41,751 nt of DNA from Guillardia theta CCMP2712. Taxonomy: Eukaryota; Protista; Cryptophyta. The notes beneath the pieces were generated by a model. That model saw nothing but the letters and a program-made list of their open reading frames with translations, did no database searches and was not told where the DNA came from. The stretch covers positions 1-41,751 of the forward strand of contig NW_005434406.1 of NCBI RefSeq assembly GCF_000315625.1. The letters run 5' to 3'. The translations under genes and the position numbers were made by a program. Below are positions 10,641-28,010 of this stretch, in pieces. Each line of letters starts with the position of its first letter. The first letter of the stretch is position 1.

Positions 10641-11869
10641 CCTGCGATGCTGGAGTGGAAGCGAAGGAGACGAAGAAACATGAACTGAGAGAGGTGAAGA
10701 GCGAACAAGATGCTGAGCGATTTTTGTCTCCATCATGTACATGGACAAGTCTCATGCTGAAAGCTAGTGTGTAGTGCCTTCGTTCAATGATGGAGGCCTT
10801 TGGGGGTTGTGATACAGATGCTGTATATCACCTGATCGCCATCCATGAATTCGAGACATGATGTTTTGCTGATGCTACAACGTTGCAACACGATACGAAG
10901 AGCCCATGAGAACGGAGAAGAGCTCACAGACATATTCATGCCTACTTGATGTTTGTGTCGTGAAGGATAGTATTGACTCAGTGCATTACAATCTTCTTGG
11001 TGGTTGTATGAATCTGATGTATTTGTTGTTTGACCAGCATCACAGGAAACACGCTAAGCATGTTGGCAGGTGGTTTGATACATGAACCGTTTGTCTGCTA
11101 GTTGAACTAGCTCTGATACTCGCTGATCTTTTCGGACTCGCCGTCAGCAAGTGGATCCTTCCAAGTTCGGAAATTAAGCAATCACACGATCACAGATCTC
11201 TATCTCTCTCTGCCTCTTTTCGTATCCTTCATTCGCCTCTCCCATCCTCCCTGCTTTGTGCTTCCCACATACTGTCGGGGATGCTTGACGACGGGACGGG
11301 TTCTGCTGTCCCAACCCTCCGGTACTTGACCTCTTGAGACGTTTCCTGCGATATTAACGCGCAGAACATCAGGGCATGTTGACAAACAGCCTGTCGAACG
11401 CCATGAGCAACATCCCTGTTCGCCTTGAACAGGTCAGACCCCTCTGAAACATGCCTGGTTGTGTAGCTGAGCAGAAGGCAGGACGCGGGAGTCTCGCTCC
11501 CCAGCCTCCCCTTGCCTCATTCTTCCAATACGATGATGGGGTTGGGTGTCCAGCCGATCATAGCAAGTCAACCGTGCATGGCAGTGCCAGGCATGGGCGG
11601 GCTGATGGTGCAAAACGGATTTGGAAATCAGGCGGACGTAGTTCCGCCTTATGTTGTTCTCCCAGGTGTAGTTCAAGGCGCATGCTGACTGATAAGAAAT
11701 GTGTTAATGTCAAGAATTATGTTGATGTGTGATGGGAGAGTTGTTGTGAGAGACTTATGAAACAAGAAAGGTCCTCTCTCTCTCTCTCTCTTTCGTTTCA
11801 ATTTGCTGGAGAACAAAACTTTCAGTCACGTTGTTTCATGTTGTGTAGCTGTGACCGGACCAGAACATG

Positions 11870-12852
11870 GTTGCAAGCTGACGTGCAGTCGGCAGGGATC
11901 ACTGTCGCCACGATGACTCGGCTTCTTGCCAACAGCGTCAGTGCGCTGCAGTCCAACGCGGCCTACCGCTCTGGCCTTCAGATGCCGGGCATCGGAATCT
12001 CCGGAGTTCCTGTGGGAGTTGGAAGCGGAAGCGGAGGTGTTGGTGGTGGAGGGTTTCTGCTCAATCCTTCGCTCCCTGCTTCATCAGGTGATGCGATGGG
12101 AGGAATGGGTTTCTGTCGATACTTACTCATTTGGCACAGCATCGATCCTTTCGCAACATGAAGTGATAACCGTGCGCTGAGGGCTCGCATGTCTGCTGAT
12201 TTTATCCTGTAGGAGCTCTCAATGCAGCTGAAACAGGCAGATGGAGCTGGAGAGAAGGTCGAGACGTAGATGGTCGATACGACAATTTGGCTAACTCGTG
12301 AAACCCACAGAACATGCCGTTGAGACCTGTACCGACCATGGGTACGGTGTGGAGCCAAACTAACTTGGGGATCTCAACTCCTTCGGCTAAGAGAGAGCAT
12401 GAAGTTGATCAGAACGTGCCATGCAAGATGCCGACCTCGATGGATGACGGGAGCTTGGACAAGGCGGAGGGCGATCAGGGAGGATGGAGCACGCACAACA
12501 TGCGGCTGCTTTCGAAGGTGTGCGAGGAGATTGAGAAGAGCTCTTTCTCTGCAGTCTATGCCTCCAAGGCCAAGAAGATCCCCTACAAACAGCACGCGAT
12601 GGGGAGCGTTGATGCGCCTGACGCTCCCTCCTACGACGACTGGATGGAGCTGCAAGCTGAGAGGGAGGCAGTGGGAGTACAGGAAGAGGAAGGGAGTCGA
12701 CCGCTCATGGTGAGCAGGACGCTGCTGGAGTTGTCTGCTTTCTAACGTGGAAGATAGTCTTCATCGGGCTACAAGACCAAAGAGCCGTCGATCGCCGAGC
12801 TCTGCAACCAATCGGTGCAGGCAGTTGTGGTTTGGTGACATGGTACTGAGTG

Positions 12853-12883
<31 letters not shown>

Positions 12884-15130
12884 AGGAGCCGCAGGGAGGA
12901 GTGGCAAGCTTTCCAATAGCGTGAAGAGGAAGAACAATCCCCAGGATAAGGATCATAGATGCGATACGGTTGGAAAGAAGTTAGACGAGGATTTGGATAG
13001 AGCCATCCTGGAGAAAGATCCCAAGGTGATCAAGGAGCTGCAAGCCAAGCTCGCAGCTGAGCATGGGCTGAGCGTCAAGGTGAGGGAGGAATGCGTTGCG
13101 GAACTTGCGAATGACAAAGTCCTCCCTAGACCATCCGAGAGATTTGGAACAGGAGGACGAGGCCGAAGAAAGCTCCTAGGTTGCCTCTCTCACGCAAGCG
13201 TGATCCTCCTCCGCCTCTCCCCCTTCGTCAGCGTCTGTTTCAGCTGCCTCCACCTCCCTCTTCACGTCACCTCTCAGCTCTCGTTGTTTGCAAAGTCAAG
13301 TTTGTGGGGCTGACTTGACGCGCACAGGCTGATGCTCAACAAGCAGACACCTGGTCTGATAGAGTGGAAGTTCTCTTTAAGAGAGTTAGCTGATTCACTT
13401 GCAGATAACATCGCCGAGCTTATTCAACTTCCTCAGTACTCCGGACGTCGAAAACCATGGAAGGTAGAGAGGGAGGAAGAGGAAGGGAAGAGGAAGGGAG
13501 GAGGAGGATGGATGAGGGAGGAGAGTAACAAGGGACCGAGTGTGAGGAGTCAAGGTCGGAAGAGGAAGGAGGCCTAGGAAAGAGGCCATGAGGGCGGTTA
13601 GAAAGTGTTGAGAGTTTGACGCGCTCTTGGTAGGTGTCGCTGTCGGCAGAGGATGCCCGAGACATCTTCCGTCAACGTCCCTTGTGAGCCTCGTGACATG
13701 TCGCTGTTGCTGCTCGCCTGAGCTGCCGATGGATGGGGGAAGGGGAGGGAGGGGAGGGGAGGGGAGGGGAGGGGAGGGGAGGGGAGGGGAGGGGAGGGGA
13801 GGGAGGGAGGGAGGGGAGGGGAGGGGAGGGGAGGGGAGGGGAGGGAAGGGAAGGGAAGGGAAGGAGGCCGAAGTGGTAGGGAANNNNNNNNNNNNNNNNN
13901 NNNNNNNNNNNNNNNNNNNNNNNNNNNNNNNNNNNNNNNNNNNNNNNNNNNNNNNNNNNNNNNNNNNNNNNNNNNNNNNNNNNNNNNNNNNNNNNNNNNN
14001 NNNNNNNNNNNNNNNNNNNNNNNNNNNNNNNNNNNNNNNNNNNNNNNNNNNNNNNNNNNNNNNNNNNNNNNNNNNNNNNNNNNNNNNNNNNNNNNNNNNN
14101 NNNNNNNNNNNNNNNNNNNNNNNNNNNNNNNNNNNNNNNNNNNNNNNNNNNNNNNNNNNNNNNNNNNNNNNNNNNNNNNNNNNNNNNNNNNNNNNNNNNN
14201 NNNNNNNNNNNNNNNNNNNNNNNNNNNNNNNNNNNNNNNNNNNNNNNNNNNNNNNNNNNNNNNNNNNNNNNNNNNNNNNNNNNNNNNNNNNNNNNNNNNN
14301 NNNNNNNNNNNNNNNNNNNNNNNNNNNNNNNNNNNNNNNNNNNNNNNNNNNNNNNNNNNNNNNNNNNNNNNNNNNNNNNNNNNNNNNNNNNNNNNNNNNN
14401 NNNNNNNNNNNNNNNNNNNNNNNNNNNNNNNNNNNNNNNNNNNNNNNNNNNNNNNNNNNNNNNNNNNNNNNNNNNNNNNNNNNNNNNNNNNNNNNNNNNN
14501 NNNNNNNNNNNNNNNNNNNNNNNNNNNNNNNNNNNNNNNNNNNNNNNNNNNNNNNNNNNNNNNNNNNNNNNNNNNNNNNNNNNNNNNNNNNNNNNNNNNN
14601 NNNNNNNNNNNNNNNNNNNNNNNNNNNNNNNNNNNNNNNNNNNNNNNNNNNNNNNNNNNNTTCCTCCCTCTCGCGTCTTATCTCATTTGTTTTGATACAG
14701 GTGGACGCAGCTGAAGCGTTGAGCCATACCATAGTAATACTCTCCTCTCCTCTCCTCTCCTCTCCTCTCCACCCCCCTCCCCTTTCCTCCTCCCTCCTCC
14801 TTCCTCCCCCACCTCCCCCTCCTCCCAATCTCCTCGTCCTTTCTCCTGTCCGACTCTCAACTTCGTGCTTGTCCCTCTCCTCTCCCCCCAGCTTCTCCTG
14901 CTCATCTTCCTCCTGGATCGGCTTGCTCCCTCCTTCCCTCCTCTCTTGCTCATTCTCCTTGTCAGGACCAGCAGCTTCAGGCTCGGGTCCTCGCTGAGGC
15001 CGTTGCCAAGCAGAACCTCGAGGTCTGTCTTGCTCCTCGACTGCTTCCCATCCTCATGTTCCCACTTGTCTCTCCTCCCTCCGAACTCAACCTTCTCTCC
15101 CTCCCCACTGCTCCTGCTCCTGCTCCTGCC

Positions 15131-15166
<36 letters not shown>

Positions 15167-15336
15167 CGTTATCCTGCACCTGCCCCTGCTCCTTCCTCTT
15201 GAAGGACCCTCTTTTAGCGCTCCCCCTCTCCTAATTCACAGCCCTCCGACCTCCCCGTCCAAGGTCGTGGGTTTCCCTAGTCTCACACTATCACCAGATC
15301 ATCAAGGCTGCAGCTGAGCTCTCCAGGAACGTCTGA
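11870..15336 (+). CDS. Multi-exon putative DNA-binding protein with HTH-like repeats (start unresolved; spans an N gap)
   Basis: Splicing 13079^13130 gives KLAAEHGLSVK-TIREIWNRRT, an HTH-like pattern (LAxxxGVSxxTIRDIW). Exon ~13634-13682 (VSLSAEDARDIFRQRP) resembles the first helix of a second repeat. Later exons read DQQLQARVLAEAVAKQNLE and IIKAAAELSRNV* (15298-15336). Further upstream exons at ~11140-11750 are possible. Confidence 0.55.
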
Positions 15337-18300
15337 GGGAGCTCTTGTGATTAATTAGCTCGTTCAATTTATTCCTCCCCTCGCTCCCTCCCCCTCCCCT
15401 CAACTCCTTCACATGCCATAAATACTTGAAGACTCCCCGTACCCCACCACCTCCAGAGCCTGCTCCCTCGTCAGACCCATCCAGCTCGACCCCAGCTGCG
15501 CTCACCGAAGTATCGCCCAACAGACTTTGCGGGAAGTGGTGCTGGAACCTGCGCCTGAGACTTCGTCAGTAGGTGGAGAGCAGCTGCGAAGGGCTTACGA
15601 AGCGGCTCTTTGCGCTCTAGTCCCAGCTCGCCCTCGCACCTCCTCCTCCCCACCTAGCGCAGCTCTCCGATCCGCCTGCCTCTTCGTGAGATACCCGACA
15701 AGGACAAGTGAGGGTGTAGGGGGCGGAGATAAGTGACGAGGAAGGAGAGGAAAGGGCAAGGGAGAGGAGGAGAGATGGGAAAGGGAGAGGAGGGAGAGGG
15801 GGAGGGAGAGGGGGAGGGAGAGGGAGAGGGAGAGGAGGGGAAGGGAAGCAAGTGCGAGCCGAGATGAGGGACGGGCCCGGAAGAGATCGTGTACCTCGGA
15901 CATGCAGATCGATCGGAGGAACGGCAGATAGTCGCAAGCAACTGCTGCCTTCCGCTGCCCAGTCAACATGTCATGTTGAGCCACGAACCCACAAAGGCTT
16001 GAAAGAGAGCCTTTACCACAAGGGAGACATTCGTAGGATGAATGATGTTGATGGCGGACTGGCAGAGAACGGGCAAGTCAAGGAGCAACTTGAGGTTCAG
16101 GTTCAGGTTCAGGTACCTTGAATTGCTGACGCGTCTTAACGTCCTTGCCATTGTCGTCCATCATAGAGAAGTAGCTGCAAGCCTTGAGCGAACGATAGTA
16201 GTCCTCCATAGCTGGGGAGAGAGATGGGATAGCTCGCTCTCTCGTCTGCTGAGCTTCTCGAAACAAACCATGTAGAGCCAGAGAGCTTGTGACGTTGAGC
16301 TTTGCGCAGTCAAAATCCTGTGCGAGGGTATTAGGAAGGGGAATACAATGCTGGGTATCTTGCCTGGAAGATGACGGATTCTGCTGACTGATGCAGCCCT
16401 GTTGCCGCCTTGTAACCAAGTCAGGGCTCATCGTCAAAGGTAGATCACTCTTACCTCAGAAAGCACGTCGTTCATCGATATGGTGTCAGTCAGATCCACC
16501 AGGGAATCAAGCAGCTGGCAATCATGTCCCCTGCTCTTCTTCTCTGGCACTGCCGGCACTACAGGCCTCGTCAGTTCTCAGTGACTATCTTACGTTCACA
16601 GCTGACCTCGTGCGGCCGTCTCTTGACCCAGGAGCTGGGAAAAACAATCAGCGCAACGAGATACTCAACTGCAGCATCCACCTCCTCAAGGTATTCGTGG
16701 AAGACTTCTTCGGAAACTGGAAACTCGTATCGATGCTGATGGATCCCCACGTCGATCTCGTGCAGGAGAGAGACAGGAGTAAGACAGGATCGGTTTGAAG
16801 GGTCGTGCTCATAGGCAAATTCAAGGTTGGCGGCCATCAATGATGCCCGGAGGTCTCCACGACAACTTCGAACAACCTGCTGCAGCCGCTTCATGACGTG
16901 CACTTGACCAGGACCCTTCCTGTACGTCAGGCACAGCGGCCCACAAGCCAACATGATCTCCTGCTCCGACGGCTTCTCGAACCTCGTTTCCTTCAGCCCC
17001 AAGTTCTTGATTGCGGGCGGCACAAAGCTGCAAGTCAGGACGACTGGAACCTGAGTCTGCTCGATCAGGGAGGTCAGGGCGGCCATGAATCCCTTGTCCT
17101 CCTCCATCAAAACGTCCACCTCCTCGAACAAGACTAGGGAAGCCTCTGTGGTCCCTTCTTCCTGGCTCGAGTCTGCTTCTGAATCCTCCATGTCTCCTTC
17201 GCCGCACAACTTGAATTCATCTATACACAAATATACAACATCCCCATCGTCCAAGTACACTTCGTACTTGCGCTTTCGACCGTTGTATTTCACAATCTTT
17301 CCCCTGACGCTCTCGCCGTCCCTCCTCCACTTGACAGTCTCCCCAACAAGCTCCTTCCCAGCTAGCATTGTCTCTTTCGGAGGAGTGGCTGGACCAGCCG
17401 ACAGATCAATCACTTCAGGGCTCGATCGCTGCACCGCCGACTCTTGCGAAGACTTGGCATCAATGGCCGAAGCACCACGGCGGACAAGGTAAGATCTAGT
17501 AGCTTCTCCCACCATCTGCAAGATGTTCTTCCCAGTCCTTTGGTCCGAAGGATTGATCTCAATCACTCTCAACCGAAGCTCCTCGCAGCAGGCGTAGAGG
17601 GAAGCCGTCTTTCCACTGCCCGACGGTCCAACGAGGACAAGGGCATTTGAGAATGCATTGCTATCCGGTGTGGCGTCATCCGAGTCGGACTCTGAGCACC
17701 AAGAGGACTTTGACGTTTTGCCCTTCTGCTTGCTCTGTGACAACTTGTTCTCTCCATCTCTGCTTCTCTGCAGCCACGACAGAAGGTCCTGAACGGCCGC
17801 CGAGTTTCCCACCACCTCCCCAGACCGCTGTGGTCTAACTGCTTCAGTCCAAAGCTTGCAGACAGAGTTGTTTGCCTGGAATGAGTCACGTTTCGACTCC
17901 AACGATGAAATCCGCTCGGTGACCTCCAACACGGCTGTGTTGGTCAGCGCCGATAGCGTCTGAACCATGTCCTCTTGCCTCGACGGATCCGATTCGGTAC
18001 ACGGGAAAAGGGGATGGTAAACATCCTGCCTCATAAGTGTTCCTTGATCCAGGGATACGGTAGGGGCGTCCGACTCCGTCTCCATCAAACGCTCTCGTAG
18101 CTCCCACAGGTCTGAGGAAGGGACTTTTCTTTCGATTGTGGGGGCATGAAAGGGCAAAATGTGAGAAACAATCGGAAATGGAAATTTTTCTGGGTTGGAA
18201 TCTTGAATGGCTGCCAATCCATTGAACGATGAAGGCCTGAATAGACCAACTTGATCTCCCTCAGACTCTGATTCTGTCTTTGCATTGGATGGTCGAAGAG

Positions 18301-19186
18301 ATCGCGGGAGCAGAAATGGGTTGATCTGTTTGCCTTGATTCAGTTTCTGCGTCTCCTGACGAGTTCGTTCCATCTCTTCTCGCAGCTTCTCTCTGGCTAG
18401 AATCGCTCGTTCCACCCGCATCCTCTTCCGCTCCTCCTCTCTCTCCCTCTCCTCATCTTCCCTGATTCTCTTTTCTTCTTCGGCAAGTCGAGCCTTCTCC
18501 TCTTTGCTCATGAAGAATCTCTTTGCAGCTTCCTTCTTCTGCGATGGTCCAGTAGAGGCGATCGCCTTGATCCGCTGAGATCTTCGACAAGAAGGGTCAG
18601 AGTCTGGCTCGTCTCCCTTCTCTCCCTCTCCTTCCGACGATCCCTCCGCACTCCGGGGGAGACTTTGACGTTCTGGGGAGTCCAGTATGATCAGAGTACG
18701 CTCTTGCTGATCATCACACGGATTCAACTTCTTGGTTTGTGCATCATCCTCTAGAAGCTTCGTAGAAGTATGGTCGAGATCGGAACCAGGTTCTTTGCAG
18801 CTCTTGTCAACATTCCGTGGATATTTCTCCTCTGTGTCTGGAGTTTTCTCGTCTCTTGCAGCGTTAGCTCTTACTGGAGTCATATCAAACGGAGTCCTCT
18901 CACTCGCTTTCACTACTTTGCTGGTCTTCTTCCCTTTCCCTCCCGAAGTCTCTGCCTTCCTCTTCTTGCTCTTTTCGTCTGCTTTCTTGAGGCTCGGCGT
19001 GTTCATGAATGCGTGGGAAGCGGGAATCTCTTGCTTCCCGTTCTTCTTGCTCGGGGCAGTCGTCGGAGACTTTCCCAGAAACGTGAGGAGGGAGGTCGCG
19101 CCCCCATTGGTCTGTCAAGGCGAGAGGTCACGAGGAAGTCACGTGCACAAGACGTATCTCACAGCGTTTGCCGCATGCCCAGTCAT
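15302..19186 (-). CDS. ATAD5: ATAD5/ELG1-like RFC large subunit (PCNA unloader, AAA+)
   Basis: LWTEAVRPQRSGEVVGN, Walker A GPSGSGKTASLYACCEEL, IEINPSDQRTG and Walker B LVLFEEVDVLMEEDKGF. Downstream exons contain DYLPFLRSICMSE and RRFQHHF. First exon 19163-19186 (MTGHAANA), intron 19112-19162, last exon 15302-15554. Confidence 0.88.
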
Positions 19187-20243
19187 CGCCTTCCGCAAGG
19201 CTGATTGACAAGTGAAGGCTTGTCTTGAACGGTTTCAGCAATGACTACTTTAGCTGCCTCATGCGATGGCTTGACCTTCAGCTTGCTTAAACGTGCACAA
19301 CCTGTTGTCACTGAATTTCCTATTATTGTGCTCATGCATCAGCCATGAAGCTCTGCGAGCCCTTGCCAGCTCGAATCATCTGTAATCAAACATGTATGAG
19401 ACTGAGCAAGTGTAGCCAACACGCTATCAAGTCAGATTTCATCATATTTCGAGCATTATCTCTCGTCCACAGACTGAAACCCCTAACTGTGAACGTTCGG
19501 GACAGCAAAATAGAGTCACCAATCCAAACTACATGCTTTTCATGTCCTCTGAAGACTGCACCAGTCACGAAAGAAAACTCTCAAACTGAGCTGCCTTGGC
19601 TCCATTTCTCCTTTCATTGCCACTTCATCGAACTCACAAGATTGATGTGACGACATTCACAAGATTGATGTGACGACAGTGCTCTCTCGTCCTTTTCCAT
19701 GGTTCCCCTCATCTCTGGGAGAATCATATCTGCACCAATCCCTACCCCTGTCCCTTCCTCTCTCATTGCCATCGCCACCCACATGTCATCATCTTTATCA
19801 TCCCTGTCTTCCTCCTCCTCCTCCTCCTCCTCCTCTCCTCCTCCTCCTCCTCTCATTCCTCTCTCCTCCTCGCCCCAGCATTCCACAAACTTTTTTCCCG
19901 CCCATTCTCGGGGCCTTTCTATCCCATGGACCACCCCCGGGAACCCCTACAGTTGATGCATATTTGATCCGGTGGTTGCAAGTTTTCAAGATATTCCGTA
20001 ACTTTCACGTCAAATGTTGAATATTACAGTATTACATTCAACAACAAATTCAAGGATTGAAAATTCGAAACAAGATTTCAATCTTCCAAATAAACATTTG
20101 TCTTTGAGTTTGAAATTATGATGTATGATTTCCAAATGTTCAAACCGATAAGCAACTGACAACATCAGTGAGGCGGACCCGGGAGAATGTTTTTTATGTT
20201 TTTTTTCCTTTACAGTCCTTTGCTGCACACGTGATGTTTCACC

Positions 20244-20320
20244 GAAGTTGACTGGGTTGGTAGGTACCCCTACCCCCCCAAAAAGGGAAGATGACTGGGT
20301 TGGTAGGTACCCCTACCCCC
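20244..20320. repeat. Two-copy direct repeat (43-bp period) in the divergent ATAD5/TRPV intergenic region
   Basis: GAAGxTGACTGGGTTGGTAGGTACCCCTACCCCC at ~20244 and ~20287. Confidence 0.85.
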
Positions 20321-20579
20321 ACAATTATTTGTATTCCACAGAACTTTTTTGAGAATGATGGGGTAGTGAAAGAAAAGTATGTAACCGGTGGGTACTGTGA
20401 CAAGTACAACAGAGGGGTGGTCTGAGGGAACTGAGTGTTTCCAATTCTGGAGGGGTGGTTTTTTGGGATAAAGTAGGGGTTGTGACCTGGGGAGTCCTGG
20501 AGAATGCGAATTGAGTAAAATTTATCGTATACGTCGATCCGCCAACGGAAAAGGAAATGGAAACTGAAGTGAGGGACAG

Positions 20580-20644
<65 letters not shown>

Positions 20645-20735
20645 AAACGACGAGGACGAGGAAAACGACGAGGACGAGGAAAAGGACGGGGTAGAGAACA
20701 GGAAAGAGGACGAGGAGGAGGAGGAGGACGAAGAC
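20580..20735. repeat. (GAGGAC)n microsatellite
   Basis: Direct inspection. Confidence 0.9.
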
Positions 20736-21077
20736 GAGGCAAGGAAAGGCAATAGAAGGGAAGGGACGACAAGAGGATTGTGGGTTAGCAAGGATAGAAA
20801 GGAAAAGGAGTTACCGAGGGCAGCTACAGGTGTTGAGTGGGACAAAGCATGGACCTGCGAGTATGAAAAGACGAATGTTGAACGATGAAGGGCAGGGCCA
20901 GCAGGCAAGGTGACCAGGAAGGTTTACATTGGACATGTTGTGACTTACAGCGTATGCTGATCAGACAAGGAAGAGGTTTAGTAGAAGTGAAGCTAACATA
21001 TTCCGCAGTAGCCGATGCAGGGTTAGGGCCAAGGGGTGAAAGGAAGCAGCGTGCAGCGGGAATCAAAAGAGTACCTG

Positions 21078-25573
<4,496 letters not shown>

Positions 25574-26447
25574 NNNNNNNNNNNNNNNNNNNNNNNNNNN
25601 NNNNNNNNNNNNNNNNNNNNNNNNNNNNNNNNNNNNNNNNNNNNNNNNNNNNNNNNNNNNNNNNNNNNNNNNNNNNNNNNNNNNNNNNNNNNNNNNNNNN
25701 NNNNNNNNNNNNNNNNNNNNNNNNNNNNNNNNNNNNNNNNNNNNNNNNNNNNNNNNNNNNNNNNNNNNNNNNNNNNNNNNNNNNNNNNNNNNNNNNNNNN
25801 NNNNNNNNNNNNNNNNNNNNNNNNNNNNNNNNNNNNNNNNNNNNNNNNNNNNNNNNNNNNNNNNNNNNNNNNNNNNNNNNNNNNNNNNNNNNNNNNNNNN
25901 NNNNNNNNNNNNNNNNNNNNNNNNNNNNNNNNNNNNNNNNNNNNNNNNNNNNNNNNNNNNNNNNNNNNNNNNNNNNNNNNNNNNNNNNNNNNNNNNNNNN
26001 NNNNNNNNNNNNNNNNNNNNNNNNNNNNNNNNNNNNNNNNNNNNNNNNNNNNNNNNNNNNNNNNNNNNNNNNNNNNNNNNNNNNNNNNNNNNNNNNNNNN
26101 NNNNNNNNNNNNNNNNNNNNNNNNNNNNNNNNNNNNNNNNNNNNNNNNNNNNNNNNNNNNNNNNNNNNNNNNNNNNNNNNNNNNNNNNNNNNNNNNNNNN
26201 NNNNNNNNNNNNNNNNNNNNNNNNNNNNNNNNNNNNNNNNNNNNNNNNNNNNNNNNNNNNNNNNNNNNNNNNNNNNNNNNNNNNNNNNNNNNNNNNNNNN
26301 NNNNNNNNNNNNNNNNNNNNNNNNNNNNNNNNNNNNNNNNNNNNNNNNNNNNNNNNNNNNNNNNNNNNNNNNNNNNNNNNNNNNNNNNNNNNNNNNNNNN
26401 NNNNNNNNNNNNNNNNNNNNNNNNNNNNNNNNNNNNNNNNNNNNNNN
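25574..26447. other. Assembly gap hiding the TRPV 3' end (other gaps: 1221-1663, 5338-5816, 13884-14660, 36405-36546, 38488-38705)
   Basis: N runs, mostly flanked by low-complexity repeats. Confidence 0.99.
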
Positions 26448-26928
26448 AGGAGAGGGCAAAACATCCTGCGCAAACCAATAAAAATAAATACACGCTGGAA
26501 GGGTGACCCAACCACAGTCAGCAGCAGGAGAGAGCACGCGGAATATGAATGAAGTGTACATAGATCAGTTTCCGCTGTGGTAGCTGTCGCCGAAGGTGGT
26601 GGAGGTGGTGGAGGAGGAGGAGGAGGACCAAGATGGGGGAGGAACCAGTGGAAGCAGAGAAAGGAACATATATATGACTGAGATGATGATCAAGGTAGAG
26701 ATGAATCACCACAATCAGCAAGTATCAGCAAGTAACGTTCGATGTGAGACCAAAACCGCAATGAGTGAGAAGTTATCATCAACATCACATCAAAACACGA
26801 GCAGCGAGCGAGAAAGTAACCTGAGATGTCACATCAACACAACATCAACGGAGGGGGGGGGGGGGCGGGTACAAGATAGATACAAGAACTACAATCGTCC
26901 TCAGTCTCAACAGAGCATCCCTCAACTC

Positions 26929-28010
26929 CTACATGTCAAAACTCACCGGCTGCATGAAGTGTCGAGTATACCTCAACCGTCCGAACCCGTCGAACTGCTT
27001 GCAGACGATGAACCTCCAAAGGCACCCGTCGAAGTTGTCCGTCCTCCACGAGTTCTTACACCTCCAGTATCTCGTGACGAAGGTCTCCTTGGCGTTGAAC
27101 GCCTCGTCCAAGATGAAGCACATCCACTCCAGCTCAGTCATGAAGATCCCAACGTTGTGAGCTGCAAACCTGGACACGAATTCTTCCTTGTGGATCCCAA
27201 CAACAGACACCAGGTCGTTGGCAAACAGCTCCTCCCGCACCGGCTGCATAGTCTCCTCGTCATGGCTCCACCTCATCCTCAGCACAGCAGTGTCCGTGCT
27301 CTGATTCCACATTTCATTCTCGATCTGCTCCACCACGTCCACCCCGCTATAATCGTTCTGCAACGTGTTGTTGAAGTTCCGCTGCGCGTTCGATTCCGCG
27401 AGTTGCAGGGTGAGGAAGGCGGAGAGGCCGGTCCCTATGACGTACTGCGTGAAGGTCGGGAGCTTCAGGAACACCCGCTCCAGCAGCGTGGCGTCTGCTC
27501 CGAACTCCCACGACCTTCTCAGGATGGGATACAGCCAATGGTCGCTGTCGCTGTCAAAGGACATGGGTCGAAGTGAGACTGAAACAGAATCGCGTTTGCC
27601 TTGTACACGATCGGCCTCTCCACATCCTGGCACTCTTCGACTGCAAGGCATCCGAGGGACACATCTTCAGCGGGCGAGGTCTGATCGAAGAGGAACATGG
27701 TGGTGCCAAACTCAACACACTGGTCATGCCAACCGTTCTGCACACATCGCAAGCAGGGCCTGTTCTGATCGCACCTCACCTTGGCCTTCTTGCACAGCAT
27801 GCATGCTCTGTGGACCTGCCCCCGTGGCCCGTTGGAGGCACAAGGGGTATCACAGCACTCGCTGCTCAGACCCTTGATGATACATCGAGCACAGGGTCGT
27901 CGGGCCTCGCATTTCATCTTAAGCCTCCTGCACTCGTTACAAGCTTTCGGAGTCGGCTGAAGGAACACACGCCTCCTCTTCGTCATGATCTGATTGTCAT
28001 TCTGCACCAT
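26929..28010 (-). CDS. Transcription factor with two Zn(II)2Cys6 clusters and an uncharacterised C-terminal domain
   Basis: ACNECRRLKMKCEARRPCARCIIKGLSSEC and ACMLCKKAKVRCDQNRPCLRCVQNGWHDQC both fit C-x2-C-x6-C-x5-C-x2-C-x8-C. The C-terminal half is in ORF 26929-27651, joined by a probable intron at ~27551-27606. Confidence 0.8.

Noticed and set aside
26596-27576. 326-aa plus-strand ORF
   Set aside because: Antisense shadow of the Zn2Cys6 gene; no recognisable features.
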